Below are positions 44,968-54,486 of a stretch of DNA of 64,000 bases, piece by piece; within the stretch, counting starts at the first letter, position 1; each line of letters starts with the position of its first letter. The notes under the pieces were generated by a model. That model was given only the letters and a program-made list of their open reading frames with translations. It had not been told where the DNA came from and did no database searches. This DNA comes from Candidatus Omnitrophota bacterium (GTDB lineage: Bacteria; Omnitrophota; Omnitrophia; Omnitrophales; Aquincolibacteriaceae), in contig JBAYVF010000002.1 in assembly GCA_041674705.1 (NCBI GenBank), positions 78,330 to 142,329 of the forward strand, written 5' to 3'. The translations under genes were made by a program, and so were the position numbers.

Positions 44968-46809
44968 ATGAAGAAAACCAGAAGATGGAACAAGATCACA
45001 ACGATTCATCACTTCAAGAATTTAGAAACGGTTCGCGTTTTTGGAATCGCAAGGGTTTCTACTGATAAGCAAGCTAAGTACGGAGAATCTCTTGAGCATC
45101 AACGTGAAGTGATCTCGAATTGGGTCAAGTCCAAGGCAAGCATCAATGTGCCGCAGGAATGGAAGGTCGTTGATCTTTTCATTGAAAATGATGATAAGGA
45201 TGGTGTCAAAAGAGGCAGAACAGCGACTAAACGGGAAGGGAGACACGGCCTTTCGAAAGCGCTTGAGCTTGCGAAGGCGCGTTTAGTCGATGTGGTCGTG
45301 GTAACGAAACTAGACCGGATTGCCCGAAACGTAAAGGATTACATCGATATTTCCGCCGAGTTTAACGAAAACGACGTGGCGTTGGTCTGTCTCGACCTCG
45401 ACATTGATACCTCAACGCCTGATGGCCAGATGATCATGCGAAATCATGCGAATCTGGCCCAATGGCAGGCGGAGCGCATTGCTCAATATAGCGTGGAGAC
45501 CGTGAAACGCCATGCAAAGCAGGGCAGACCCCTTGGCTCTCCGCCGATGGGATATCGTGTTATCCATCAAGCTGATGGAAAACACACATTGAAACCTGAT
45601 CCGGTTTATCAAAAACACATCGAAGTCATTGATAAGCTTTATCTGACTTCTCAAAGTCTGGACCGGGTTGTTCGAGAGCTTCATAATAAAGGATATAAAA
45701 GCCCCAAAGGGAAAACATACTCGAAGCCGCAAGTCTCACGGATTCTTCAGAACATCCGCTACACGGGCCGACAGGAATATGATGGTGCTGTTTATGACGG
45801 TAACTGGCCGTCTCTTCGGTCTTCTGCTACTCAAGCCATGATCGAAAAGATCTTTAACCGGAATCGGAAACATCGTCGCAGCATCACTCGCCCCATGCGC
45901 TATGCTTATCTTCTCCAAGGATTGCTGAAATGTCCTCACTGCCATTCGAGCATGACTCCTAAATCCGGAACGGGAAGGCATGGAAAAAACTATCCGTATT
46001 ACTTGTGCGTGAAAGCGGATAAAACGGAGGGTATCGATTGCGAGGAAATTTATCTCCCGGCAGAAGCGATTGATAATGCTGTGATCGATTATTTAAAAGA
46101 GCTTCGTCTGAAACCCGGTGTCATTGAAAAAGTTATTGGAAAAGCGAATGATTCGACTTCGTCACGGATAGGACATATTCAGAAAGACCTTGAGCGGGTG
46201 CGCGAGAAGCTGAAAGACGTCCGCACTAAAATCTCGAACTTGGTGGACATCCTTGCGGATAAAGGTGTTTCCCAGCTCAAAGCGATCAAAGAAAAACTCG
46301 AGATGCTGGACCAGGAAGAAAAAGAGCTTACGCTTGAGGAAAAACGTTTGGATCAAGAAACAAGGGCCGAAAAAGCCCAAGCGTCAGCCGCTCACCAGCA
46401 GATCCAAAGTCTCAACCTTTTCAGCGACTTATTCCGCTTGAACAAAGATCGGCCGGAAAAAATTAAAATGATCCTCCCGCGTTTTGTGAACTTTGTAGTT
46501 TGCCATATGACGGACAAGCAAAAAGGGATCGGGCGGCTTGATGTGGGGCTTTTTGGCAAACCGTTTATTGGTGACGGCAATGCGGAAATATGGAATGAGG
46601 CTTTACAGGAATTGGCGGTTCAGTACCAAAAAGAGTCTTCTAAGGACTCTATTGCCCCCGGATCAGCAAACCCTCTTTTGACCAGAGGGTTGCTGGTTCG
46701 TCCGGGAGGAACAACTGGGGTCCCTTGTGCTATTCCTGGTGAACCAAAAAAAATAACAAAATTTTTGGTTCGCCCGGGAGTAATAAATGGGGCGGTCGAC
46801 GGGATTTGA
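44968..46809 (+). CDS. large serine recombinase
   Basis: Resolvase catalytic domain (FGIARVSTDKQ...VVVTKLDRIARN), recombinase domain, zinc ribbon (CPHCHSSMTPKSG...YPYYLC) and a coiled coil. Confidence 0.88.
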   Translation: MKKTRRWNKITTIHHFKNLETVRVFGIARVSTDKQAKYGESLEHQREVISNWVKSKASINVPQEWKVVDLFIENDDKDGVKRGRTATKREGRHGLSKALELAKARLVDVVVVTKLDRIARNVKDYIDISAEFNENDVALVCLDLDIDTSTPDGQMIMRNHANLAQWQAERIAQYSVETVKRHAKQGRPLGSPPMGYRVIHQADGKHTLKPDPVYQKHIEVIDKLYLTSQSLDRVVRELHNKGYKSPKGKTYSKPQVSRILQNIRYTGRQEYDGAVYDGNWPSLRSSATQAMIEKIFNRNRKHRRSITRPMRYAYLLQGLLKCPHCHSSMTPKSGTGRHGKNYPYYLCVKADKTEGIDCEEIYLPAEAIDNAVIDYLKELRLKPGVIEKVIGKANDSTSSRIGHIQKDLERVREKLKDVRTKISNLVDILADKGVSQLKAIKEKLEMLDQEEKELTLEEKRLDQETRAEKAQASAAHQQIQSLNLFSDLFRLNKDRPEKIKMILPRFVNFVVCHMTDKQKGIGRLDVGLFGKPFIGDGNAEIWNEALQELAVQYQKESSKDSIAPGSANPLLTRGLLVRPGGTTGVPCAIPGEPKKITKFLVRPGVINGAVDGI

Positions 46810-46865
46810 ACCCGCGACCCCAAGATCCACAATCTTGTGCTCTAACCAACTGAGCTACGACCGCC
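46788..46865 (-). tRNA. tRNA-His: tRNA-His (anticodon GUG) with encoded G-1 and CCA
   Basis: Minus strand: G-GCGGTCG-TA-GCTC-AGTTGGTTA-GAGC-A-CAAGA-TTGTGGA-TCTTG-GGGTC-GCGGG-TTCAAAT-CCCGT-CGACCGC-C-CCA. This folds as a cloverleaf, with the G-1:C73 pair diagnostic of His. Confidence 0.9.
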
Positions 46866-46995
46866 ATGATTTTGTTAATGAAATTCGAATGAAACAGGAG
46901 GGCATTATAACGAAAAAAGTGTTTTAGGGAAGGAAGAAAGACATATAATGGCCCAAGCGCAGTGCAATTCTTACTCTGGGGAGGGGATATTCATG

Positions 46996-47190
46996 AGAGA
47001 GTTTTTGGTTGGGTTGCTGGTGATCGTGATGGCCTTGGTTCTTTCCGGGATCGGGATCCTTCTTTTTCCGCTTTTGCTTGTGATGGGGATGTTCCTTCGT
47101 CTAGCCCTTGGGCTGATCATTCTGCTTTTAGCGATATGGCTCATCGGGAAAGTGACGCTTTATCTGATCGAAGCTCTTCGGAAAAAATAA
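46996..47190 (+). CDS. small hypothetical membrane protein
   Basis: MREFLVGLLVIVMALVLSGIGILLFPLLLVMGMFLRLALGLIILLLAIWLIG gives two TM helices. Confidence 0.3.
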   Translation, partial: REFLVGLLVIVMALVLSGIGILLFPLLLVMGMFLRLALGLIILLLAIWLIGKVTLYLIEALRKK

Positions 47191-47208
47191 GTCGGCATAG
47201 GATAACTT

Positions 47209-47460
47209 ATGGAACGGTTAATGACGGCGAAGCAAGTGAGTGAGTTGATCGAGGTGAAACCTTCCACGGTCTATCAATGGGTCCATCTGGGGCTCATCCC
47301 TTACGTGAAGCTTGGCAAATGTGTGCGTTTTAAGAAAGCCGAGCTTTTTCGCTGGATCGACAAGAACTTCCGCAAAGAACGCATTTCCTTCCGGTCAGCT
47401 GAAAAGGTCCTCGGTAAATATCCTTCTTCCAAACAGAAAGAATTCTTCGAGTTGGAATGA
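47209..47460 (+). CDS. excisionase/AlpA-type HTH DNA-binding protein
   Basis: LMTAKQVSELIEVKPSTVYQWVHLGLIPYVKLGKCVRFKKAELFRWI. Confidence 0.6.
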   Translation: MERLMTAKQVSELIEVKPSTVYQWVHLGLIPYVKLGKCVRFKKAELFRWIDKNFRKERISFRSAEKVLGKYPSSKQKEFFELE

Positions 47461-47477
47461 CCGCGGATAGCGTAATG

Positions 47478-47533
47478 AGTACGGGGTACGGCGAAGAAAA
47501 ACACATGACGCCGTACGCCTTACACCGTACGGG
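47478..47533. repeat. heptad-array hairpin, copy 1 (full)
   Basis: agtacgg ggtacggcg, a 15-nt spacer, then cgccgtac gccttac accgtac ggg. It starts 18 nt after the xis-like stop. Confidence 0.75.
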
Positions 47534-47642
47534 CGTTCTTGCTTTCCCTCTTTAGTAGGCCTACAATAAAGTCGTAGATAGAAGTGCCGGAAGTTGGGCG
47601 ATTCGTGGATTTTACACCCTAGCGGCAACTAGGAGGTGTGCT

Positions 47643-47831
47643 ATGACAGATCCTCAGAGGCATAAATTGGTCGCCAGTGGCGCGTTGGCAATGACCGTGT
47701 GTCTGATCCTTTATTTGATCGTGTTCGGACTCCACTCTTTTGATCCGAAGAGTTTGATCCTTTTTGTCGGATTTTTTGCGGTGGCCGCGAAGCTTTCTAC
47801 GGTTAAGCATAAACACAATCCGATGATCTAA
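47643..47831 (+). CDS. small hypothetical membrane protein
   Basis: 62 aa with two hydrophobic helices, bracketed by CCGTAC-type repeats. Confidence 0.25.
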   Translation: MTDPQRHKLVASGALAMTVCLILYLIVFGLHSFDPKSLILFVGFFAVAAKLSTVKHKHNPMI

Positions 47832-47854
47832 CGCCGTACGCCTTCCGTCGTACG
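47832..47854. repeat. heptad-array element, copy 2 (solo right arm)
   Basis: cgccgtac gccttcc gtcgtac g, immediately after the stop of ORF 47643-47831. Confidence 0.6.
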
Positions 47855-47920
47855 AAAGTGTTTTAGCGGCGCTCTTTTGCGATTGTAAATCCAGCCTTCC
47901 TTCAGTACACTACTCAGCTT

Positions 47921-49028
47921 ATGAAAGAAGAAATTACTGCACTCAAGGACCGCCTTACGGATCTCAAGGAAAAGCTCCAAGAGATAAGGGGGTATCTTTG
48001 ACCTGGAGGCCCAGGAGCGCGAGATCTCTGATATTAATATAAAAATGACCGCGGCGGATTTCTGGGACCACCCGCAAAGTGCCCAGGCCACGGTCGAGCG
48101 CCTAAAAATCCTCAAAAAAGTCGTGGAACCCTGGCACAAGGCCCATCAAGCTTCCGGCGATCTTCTGGAACTGATCGGGATGATGGATGAAAATCAGGGA
48201 GAATCGCTTAAAGAATTTCAGGACGACGTCGCAAAACTTTCCCGGGAAGTCGAGCTCCTTGAATTTCAGCGCCTTTTATCTGGACCCTTTGATCCCAATA
48301 ATGCGATCGTGAGCATCAACTCCGGCGCGGGCGGGACCGAGGCTTGCGATTGGGCGCAAATGCTTTATCGGATGTACACGCGCTGGGCAGAGCAACATGA
48401 TTACGCGGTTCAAATGGTCGATCTGATGCAAGGGGAAGAAGCCGGCATTAAGAGCGCGACTTTTATCGTGCAAGGCGCCTACGCATACGGTTATTTGAAA
48501 GCGGAGTCGGGTGTGCACCGGCTTGTGCGTATTTCGCCCTTTGATGCCAACAAACGCCGACATACTTCGTTCGCGTCCATGGATGTGATTGCGGAGGTGG
48601 ATGATATCCCCGAGATCGATATCCGGGACGAGGATATCCGGGTCGATGCTTTCCGGGCGGGCGGTGCGGGAGGGCAGCATGTGAACAAGACCTCAAGCGC
48701 GATCCGTATCACGCATCTTGCGACCGGGATCGTCACGCAGTGCCAGAATGAACGTTCGCAGACTCAGAACAAGCAGGTGGCGATGAAGGTTTTGAAGTCC
48801 CGCCTGTATGAAAGATTGATTCAGGAAAAAGAAGCGGCGATGGCCACGCAGTACGGGCCCAAAAAAAAGATCGAGTGGGGTTCTCAGATCCGCTCGTATG
48901 TGTTCCATCCTTACACGATGGTGAAAGATCACCGTACGGACTGCGAGACTTCAAATGGAGACGCGGTGATGGACGGGAAGCTCGACGAATTCATCGAAGC
49001 TTATTTGAAACAGAATGTGTCTAAATAG
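47921..49028 (+). CDS. prfB: peptide chain release factor 2, requiring a programmed +1 frameshift at 47996-48001
   Basis: Frame 0 reads ATG 47921 ... AGG GGG TAT CTT TGA (stop 47999-48001). Frame +1 from 48000 continues DLEAQERE... into the track ORF 48045-49028. SPF (RISPFD) and GGQ (GAGGQHVNKT) are present, with the classic SD-like AGGGGG plus CUU UGA C site. Confidence 0.93.
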
Positions 49029-49029
49029 T

Positions 49030-49094
49030 GCGGCGTACGGGGTACGGAGTACGGCGATTTTTTTTCGCGGTGCGCCGTACGCCTACTCCTTACC
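49030..49094. repeat. heptad-array hairpin, copy 3 (full)
   Basis: gcggc gtacggg gtacgga gtacggcg, a 16-nt spacer containing T8, then cgccgtac gcctact ccttacc. It starts 2 nt after the prfB stop. Confidence 0.75.
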
Positions 49095-49106
49095 TAGGGG
49101 GTTGAA

Positions 49107-49904
49107 ATGAAGAAGCTGAGTCAGCTAGGACTGATCTTGATGGTATGTTTTGCGTTCTCGGGTTGTGTCGTCCAGGTCGAGGATGGACAGGTCGGTGTGA
49201 AAAATGATTTCGGGCATATCGGTGATGAGGTTTTGAACGCCGGTTGGCACTTCTTTGTGCCGGCGGTGACGCAGATCGAGCTCTGGAATGTGAAGTTGCA
49301 AGAGCTGAAGGAGACCGCCGAGGTGCCTTCCTCGGAAGGGTTGATCTCTCAGCTGGATATTTCGATCATGTATCAAGTGCCGGCTGACAAAGCGAGCTTT
49401 GTCCGTAAAAAGATCGGTCCCTATTATGTTTCGGTCGTCTTGGAGCCCTATGTCCGCGAAGCGATACGAAACGTGGCGAGTGGTTATGCCGTGAAAGCAC
49501 TTTATAGCGAAGCGGGGCGTAAGGAGATCGGGAAGAATATCCTCGATTTCCTGAAAGGGAAGCTGGATGAGAAGGGGATCATTATTCAAGACGTGCTTTT
49601 GCGCGACGTGAAACTTCCGCCGTCGTTTTCTCAAAGCATCGAATTGAAATTAAAAGCCGAGCAGGAAGCGCTCCAGAAGGAATTTGAATTGCAGAAAGCC
49701 AAGAAGGATGCTGAGATCGAGGTGGCGAAAGCGGGAGGTGTTGCGCAAGCCAACCAGATCATCGGAGATTCGCTCAAAAGCAATGACTCTTATTTGAAGT
49801 ATTTATGGATTCGGAGTCTTAAAGATACGAAGAATCAGGTGATCTATGTGCCGACCGAAACAGGGCTCCCGATCCTTGAGGCTTCGAGGAATCAGACAAA
49901 ATAA
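49107..49904 (+). CDS. SPFH/band-7 (prohibitin-like) lipoprotein
   Basis: Signal peptide with lipobox AFSGC, followed by a band-7 core and a coiled coil (KLKAEQEALQKEFELQKAKKDAEIE). Confidence 0.75.
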   Translation: MKKLSQLGLILMVCFAFSGCVVQVEDGQVGVKNDFGHIGDEVLNAGWHFFVPAVTQIELWNVKLQELKETAEVPSSEGLISQLDISIMYQVPADKASFVRKKIGPYYVSVVLEPYVREAIRNVASGYAVKALYSEAGRKEIGKNILDFLKGKLDEKGIIIQDVLLRDVKLPPSFSQSIELKLKAEQEALQKEFELQKAKKDAEIEVAKAGGVAQANQIIGDSLKSNDSYLKYLWIRSLKDTKNQVIYVPTETGLPILEASRNQTK

Positions 49905-49909
49905 AAAAA

Positions 49910-49975
49910 GTACGGCGGAAGGCGTACGGCGTATCGCGCAAAACACGCCGTACTCCGTACGCCGTACACCTTACG
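49910..49975. repeat. heptad-array hairpin, copy 4 (full)
   Basis: gtacggc ggaaggc gtacggcg, a 15-nt spacer, then cgccgtac tccgtac gccgtac accttac g. It lies between the band-7 gene and secA. Confidence 0.75.
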
Positions 49976-49982
49976 AGGAAAA

Positions 49983-52664
49983 ATGCTCAACTTTATTCTC
50001 AAAAAGATCTTTGGAACGCAGAACACCCGCACCCTAAAACTTCTTTGGCCGGTCGTGGCCGAAGTGAATGCTCTTGAGCCCCAGATCCAGAAGCTTACGG
50101 ATGCAGAGCTTCGCGCAAAGACCGATGAGTTCAAAAAGCGGCTCGCGGAAGGCGCCACGCTCGATGATATTCTCCCCGAAGCTTTTGCCGTGGTGCGTGA
50201 AGCCTCGATACGGACAACCAAGATGCGGCACTTTGATGTGCAGATTCTGGGCGGTCTCGTGCTTCACAAGGGGAAGATCGCCGAAATGTCCACCGGCGAA
50301 GGGAAAACGCTTGTGGCGACACTTCCAGTCTATTTGAATGCTCTGGAAGGCAAGGGTGTGCATCTTGTGACCGTGAACGATTATCTGGCTCGCCGCGACC
50401 GGAACTGGATGGGACCCATTTATGAATTCCTGGGGCTTACGGTGGGTGTGATCCAGCATGACATCCCGCAGGAAGAGCGCCAGAGGGCCTACGCTTCGGA
50501 CATCACGTTCGGGACGAATAATGAATTCGGATTTGATTATCTCCGCGACAATATGGTCACCCAGATCGAGATGCGCGTTCAGCGGCCGCTTCACTACGCG
50601 ATCGTCGACGAAGTGGACTCGATCCTGATCGATGAGGCCCGCACGCCGCTCATCATCTCCGGCCCCGCAGAAGATTCGACGGATAAATATTACAAGGCTC
50701 AGCGCGCGGCACTTGCGCTCAAGGCTCATAAGATCGTGAAAGAAGAGGTCGATCCTGATTGGAAGGCCAAGCTCGAAGAGATCAAGAAGACAGTGGATTA
50801 CATCGCCGACGAGAAGGCCAAGACGATCCGCATGACCGAGCAAGGCGAAGCCAAAGCTGCAAAGCTTATGGGCGTGGGGAACATGCACGACTCGGACACC
50901 GTCGCAGAGCGGCACCACATTATGACCGCGTTGCGAGCGAAGGAGTTTTTTGAGCGGGATGTGGATTATGTGGTCAAGGATGACGAGATCCTGATCGTCG
51001 ATGAATTTACCGGACGTCTTATGCCGGGCCGCCGTTTTTCGGACGGGCTGCACCAGGCGCTCGAGGCCAAGGAAGGCGTGGAGATCCGCCGCGAGAACCA
51101 AACGCTTGCCACCGTCACGTTTCAGAATTATTTCCGTATGTACAAAAAACTGGGCGGTATGACCGGAACCGCCGCGACCGAGGCGCTCGAGTTCGATAAG
51201 ATCTACAAACTGGATGTCGTGGTGATCCCCCCGAACCGTCAATGCGTGCGAATCGATTCAGCGGATTGCATTTACCGGACCGAGAAGGAAAAATTCGACG
51301 CAGTAGTGCGCGAAGTTGCGGAAGAACATAAAAAAGGAAGACCGGTCCTGGTCGGAACGATCTCGATCGAAAAATCCGAACGCCTGAGCCGCATGCTTCA
51401 GAAGATCAATCTTCCGCATGTGGTCCTCAACGCCAAGTATCACGAGAAAGAAGCCGAGATCGTGGCGCAGGCCGGACAGCCGGCTGTCGTGACGATCGCG
51501 ACGAATATGGCGGGCCGCGGAACGGATATTGTGCTCGGGCCCGGTGTCGCGGACAAAGGCGGGCTGACGGTGATCGGTACCCAGCGCCATGAAGCCCGGC
51601 GCATTGACAACCAGCTTCGCGGTCGCTGCGGACGCCAAGGCGATCCGGGTTCCTCCAAGTTTTTTATCTCCATGGAAGATGAACTCATGCGGCTTTTTGG
51701 ATCGGACAGGATCTCTTCCATGATGCAGCGCCTCGGGATGCAGGAAGGGGATGAGATCCAGCATCCGCTCGTGAGCCGGGCCATGGAAACGGCGCAGAAG
51801 CGCGTCGAAGCGCACAACTTTGAGATCCGAAAACACCTGCTTGAATACGATGACGTGATGAACCGTCAGCGCGAACTGATCTATGGCGAACGTGATCTGG
51901 TGCTGAAAGGAACTCCTGAGGAACTGAAAAAACATGTTCTTCTGATGGTTGAAAATGTAGTCGAAAGTTTGGTGCTGACCTACATCAATCCGGATATTCG
52001 CGAAGAAAACAAGGATCCCGAAGGATTGATCACGGCTCTCGGTGAGAAGTTTGGCGCGGGTTTCCGCGAAGTCGTAGAAAAGAATATGGATGATATGGAC
52101 GGATTGCTCGAAGCGCTTGAGGAAAAAGTGGGCGAGCAGCTGAATCGCCGGGAACAGGAATTCGGCCCGGAACGGATGCAATACCTCGTGCGGTACATTC
52201 TGCTTCAGGTGATCGACACGAAATGGAAGGAGCATCTCTACGGACTCGATAATCTTCGCGAGGGGATCGGACTCCGCGCTTACGGCCAGCGGGACCCGCT
52301 CGTGGAGTACAAGCGCGAAGCTTTTGACATGTTCGATCAAATGACCGACAGCATTAAAGAAGAAGCCGTCGAACTTCTTTTCCGTGTCCAGCAGGTCCAT
52401 GAGACCAAGCTTGCGAATCCGATTGAAGAATCCAAGGCCCAGTACCTTCACCCCGAAGCAAGTTTTTCGGAAAGTAAGGGGCCGTCTCCGTCGAAATTGC
52501 CGCGAGGCATGAATACTCCGTCCCCGTTCTCTCCGCGCAGTGAAGCGCCGGATGACCTGGCCCCGGAACCGATCAAGCGCTCCCACGAGAAAGTCGGCCG
52601 GAATGACGCGTGTCCCTGCGGCAGCGGTAAAAAATATAAAAAGTGCTGTGGAATTAATGAATAG
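49983..52664 (+). CDS. secA: preprotein translocase ATPase SecA
   Basis: [14 protein letters not shown] Walker A, a DEAD-like [11 protein letters not shown] motif, and a C-terminal zinc finger [14 protein letters not shown]. Confidence 0.97.
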   Translation: MLNFILKKIFGTQNTRTLKLLWPVVAEVNALEPQIQKLTDAELRAKTDEFKKRLAEGATLDDILPEAFAVVREASIRTTKMRHFDVQILGGLVLHKGKIAEMSTGEGKTLVATLPVYLNALEGKGVHLVTVNDYLARRDRNWMGPIYEFLGLTVGVIQHDIPQEERQRAYASDITFGTNNEFGFDYLRDNMVTQIEMRVQRPLHYAIVDEVDSILIDEARTPLIISGPAEDSTDKYYKAQRAALALKAHKIVKEEVDPDWKAKLEEIKKTVDYIADEKAKTIRMTEQGEAKAAKLMGVGNMHDSDTVAERHHIMTALRAKEFFERDVDYVVKDDEILIVDEFTGRLMPGRRFSDGLHQALEAKEGVEIRRENQTLATVTFQNYFRMYKKLGGMTGTAATEALEFDKIYKLDVVVIPPNRQCVRIDSADCIYRTEKEKFDAVVREVAEEHKKGRPVLVGTISIEKSERLSRMLQKINLPHVVLNAKYHEKEAEIVAQAGQPAVVTIATNMAGRGTDIVLGPGVADKGGLTVIGTQRHEARRIDNQLRGRCGRQGDPGSSKFFISMEDELMRLFGSDRISSMMQRLGMQEGDEIQHPLVSRAMETAQKRVEAHNFEIRKHLLEYDDVMNRQRELIYGERDLVLKGTPEELKKHVLLMVENVVESLVLTYINPDIREENKDPEGLITALGEKFGAGFREVVEKNMDDMDGLLEALEEKVGEQLNRREQEFGPERMQYLVRYILLQVIDTKWKEHLYGLDNLREGIGLRAYGQRDPLVEYKREAFDMFDQMTDSIKEEAVELLFRVQQVHETKLANPIEESKAQYLHPEASFSESKGPSPSKLPRGMNTPSPFSPRSEAPDDLAPEPIKRSHEKVGRNDACPCGSGKKYKKCCGINE

Positions 52665-54225
52665 TAAGGCGCACGGTGTACGGCGTACGGAGACAACGAA
52701 CACGCCGTACTCCGTACTCCGCACACCTTATCTCTATCAGATAGTTTCCGGAGCCCTGCTCGCGCTCTGCTTTCCCTCCGCCGGTTGGGGATTCCTGGCC
52801 TGGATCGCGCTTATACCGCTTCTCGCTTCCCTCGATCATGCTCAGGATCAGTCGCAGGCCCTGGGGTTTGGCCTGATCACCGGGATCGTATTTTTTGTTT
52901 TTTCCATTCACTGGCTGACGCACGTGTCGACCGTGGGTTGGCTTCTCGTGGTCCTGATGGAATCGGTTTACATCATGGTGTTCGCGTGGCTCGCGTATCT
53001 AGGGATGAGGTCCCAGAAACCCGTTTTTTTTAAGATTGTGTGGATCGCGCTTGCATGGACGGTCGCCGAGATCCTTCGTTCCGAAATGCCGGTCTTTGGC
53101 TTCGGGTGGAATATCCTGGCCTATTCTCAGTCTTCCTATGTCCCTTTCATCCAGTTCGCCAAGATTTTTGGCGCCTACGGGTTAGGGTTTTTGATCGCGT
53201 TGGTGAACGCGTTCCTTCTTTATGCCTGGTTCAGACGTAAGGATCTCCGGACGTCTTTGAGTTTGTTCTCGGGTGGGGTTTTGATCCTGGCCGGGCTTTG
53301 GGGGTACGGAAGCGCGGTGCTTGCCAAGCCGGCGACTCCCTCGGAATATTTACGCGTCTCGGTCGTGCAAGGGAATATCCCGCAATCCGTAAAATGGGAG
53401 ATCATGGCCAAGGAAAAGATCTTGGAAATCTATGAAAAATTGACCCAGCTTGCGGCGCTCGAACAACCGGATCTGATCCTCTGGCCCGAGGCGTCCTTCC
53501 CGGGTTATTTTAATCGTGATCTCCAAGCCGGAAGGATCTCGCGTCTTGCGCAAGAGATCCAAACGCCGCTTTTGGTCGGAGGGCTCCATTGGGCGAGCGA
53601 TCGAGAACTTTACAACAGCGCTTATTTCCTTAAAAAAGACGGCGCTTCCGGACAGCGTTACGACAAGCTCCGGCTTGTGCCGTTCGGAGAGTACATTCCG
53701 CTAAAAATGATCTTTGGATGGCTGACTCCTGTCGCGGACGCGTTCGGGATCAGCGATTTCAGCGCGGGGACGGCTCCCGTGGTTTTTCGCTGGGCGCGCG
53801 AAGCCTGGCCTTTTGGGGTCTTGATCTGTTTTGAGGATGTTTTTCCAAGCCTCGCCCGGGACCTGGCAGATGGCGATGCGAAATTCCTTGTAGTGATCAC
53901 CAATGATGCCTGGTTCGGAAAGACCTCGGCCCCGTACCAGCATCTCCAGGCCTCGATCTTTCGCGCCGTCGAGAACGGTGTCGCGGTCGTGCGGGCGGCC
54001 AATACCGGAGTTTCAGGTTTTATCTCCCCTCAGGGCCGCGTGCGGGCGATCCTGAAAGACGAACGAGGCGAAGAAACTTTTTCGATGGGGCAGAAGACGC
54101 TCGACCTGCCGCTTGTCACGGAACGAACCTTTTTCCGCCAAGGTGGTTTTCTTTTTCCGCTTTTTGCCGCGGCCCTTTTTCTTGTTTTCTGCTTATTCCT
54201 TTTCAAAAGAAAGAAAAGCTCATGA
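52657..54225 (+). CDS. lnt: apolipoprotein N-acyltransferase
   Basis: Polytopic N-domain plus a CN-hydrolase domain ([31 protein letters not shown]). The only in-frame start near the first TM is ATG 52657, giving an 8-nt overlap with secA. The track start at 52540 lies inside secA. Confidence 0.85.
   Translation: MNSKAHGVRRTETTNTPYSVLRTPYLYQIVSGALLALCFPSAGWGFLAWIALIPLLASLDHAQDQSQALGFGLITGIVFFVFSIHWLTHVSTVGWLLVVLMESVYIMVFAWLAYLGMRSQKPVFFKIVWIALAWTVAEILRSEMPVFGFGWNILAYSQSSYVPFIQFAKIFGAYGLGFLIALVNAFLLYAWFRRKDLRTSLSLFSGGVLILAGLWGYGSAVLAKPATPSEYLRVSVVQGNIPQSVKWEIMAKEKILEIYEKLTQLAALEQPDLILWPEASFPGYFNRDLQAGRISRLAQEIQTPLLVGGLHWASDRELYNSAYFLKKDGASGQRYDKLRLVPFGEYIPLKMIFGWLTPVADAFGISDFSAGTAPVVFRWAREAWPFGVLICFEDVFPSLARDLADGDAKFLVVITNDAWFGKTSAPYQHLQASIFRAVENGVAVVRAANTGVSGFISPQGRVRAILKDERGEETFSMGQKTLDLPLVTERTFFRQGGFLFPLFAAALFLVFCLFLFKRKKSS
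52666..52729. repeat. heptad-array hairpin, copy 5 (full, 20/25 complementary arms)
   Basis: aaggcgcacggtgtacggcgtacgg, a spacer, then ccgtactccgtactccgcacacctt. It starts 2 nt after the secA stop and lies inside the lnt 5' coding region. Confidence 0.75.
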
Positions 54226-54455
54226 ATTTCCAAAGTGTGGTAAGACGTACGGCGTACGGAGTACGGCGTATTTTCTTGCGCAGCACGCTGGTCGCCGTAC
54301 TCCTTACGGTCCTTTTAGGCGGTTGCGTTCGCGTCGCCGGCACTGCCGGATATGCCAAAATCAATGCCGACGGAGAAACGACGGTGAAGCGGGCCGGTTT
54401 CGATACGGCGGACCTCGTCTCGAAAAATAAAACCCCGGGAAGTATTACGATTTAA
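54222..54455 (+). CDS. small putative lipoprotein (77 aa)
   Basis: ATGA overlap with the lnt stop. The Arg-rich n-region, hydrophobic core and lipobox LLGGC are encoded largely by a heptad-repeat element. Confidence 0.4.
   Translation: MNFQSVVRRTAYGVRRIFLRSTLVAVLLTVLLGGCVRVAGTAGYAKINADGETTVKRAGFDTADLVSKNKTPGSITI
54244..54309. repeat. heptad-array hairpin, copy 6 (full)
   Basis: gacgtacggc gtacgga gtacggcg, a 24-nt spacer, then cgccgtac tccttac gg. It lies after the lnt stop, inside the small lipoprotein ORF. Confidence 0.75.
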
Positions 54456-54486
54456 AAGGAATGGCAAGATCAAGAAGGAGAGCGGG

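Larger units (their letters stand above)
42977..46809. mobile_element. putative integrative-element remnant inserted at the 3' end of tRNA-His
   Basis: The cargo is a replication-relaxation-like gene, a Zn-ribbon gene and a large serine recombinase whose ORF runs 22 nt into the tRNA 3' end. At the far end is a degenerate copy of the tRNA 3' segment (ggggcgg, cgggatt, cccgcgac; three colinear blocks at 42977-43011) in the same orientation. Confidence 0.45.

Noticed and set aside
50034-52724. 402-aa and 488-aa minus-strand ORFs opposite secA.
   Set aside because: They are antisense shadows of secA. Their His/Arg/Phe-rich composition is typical of the reverse strand of a GC-moderate gene.
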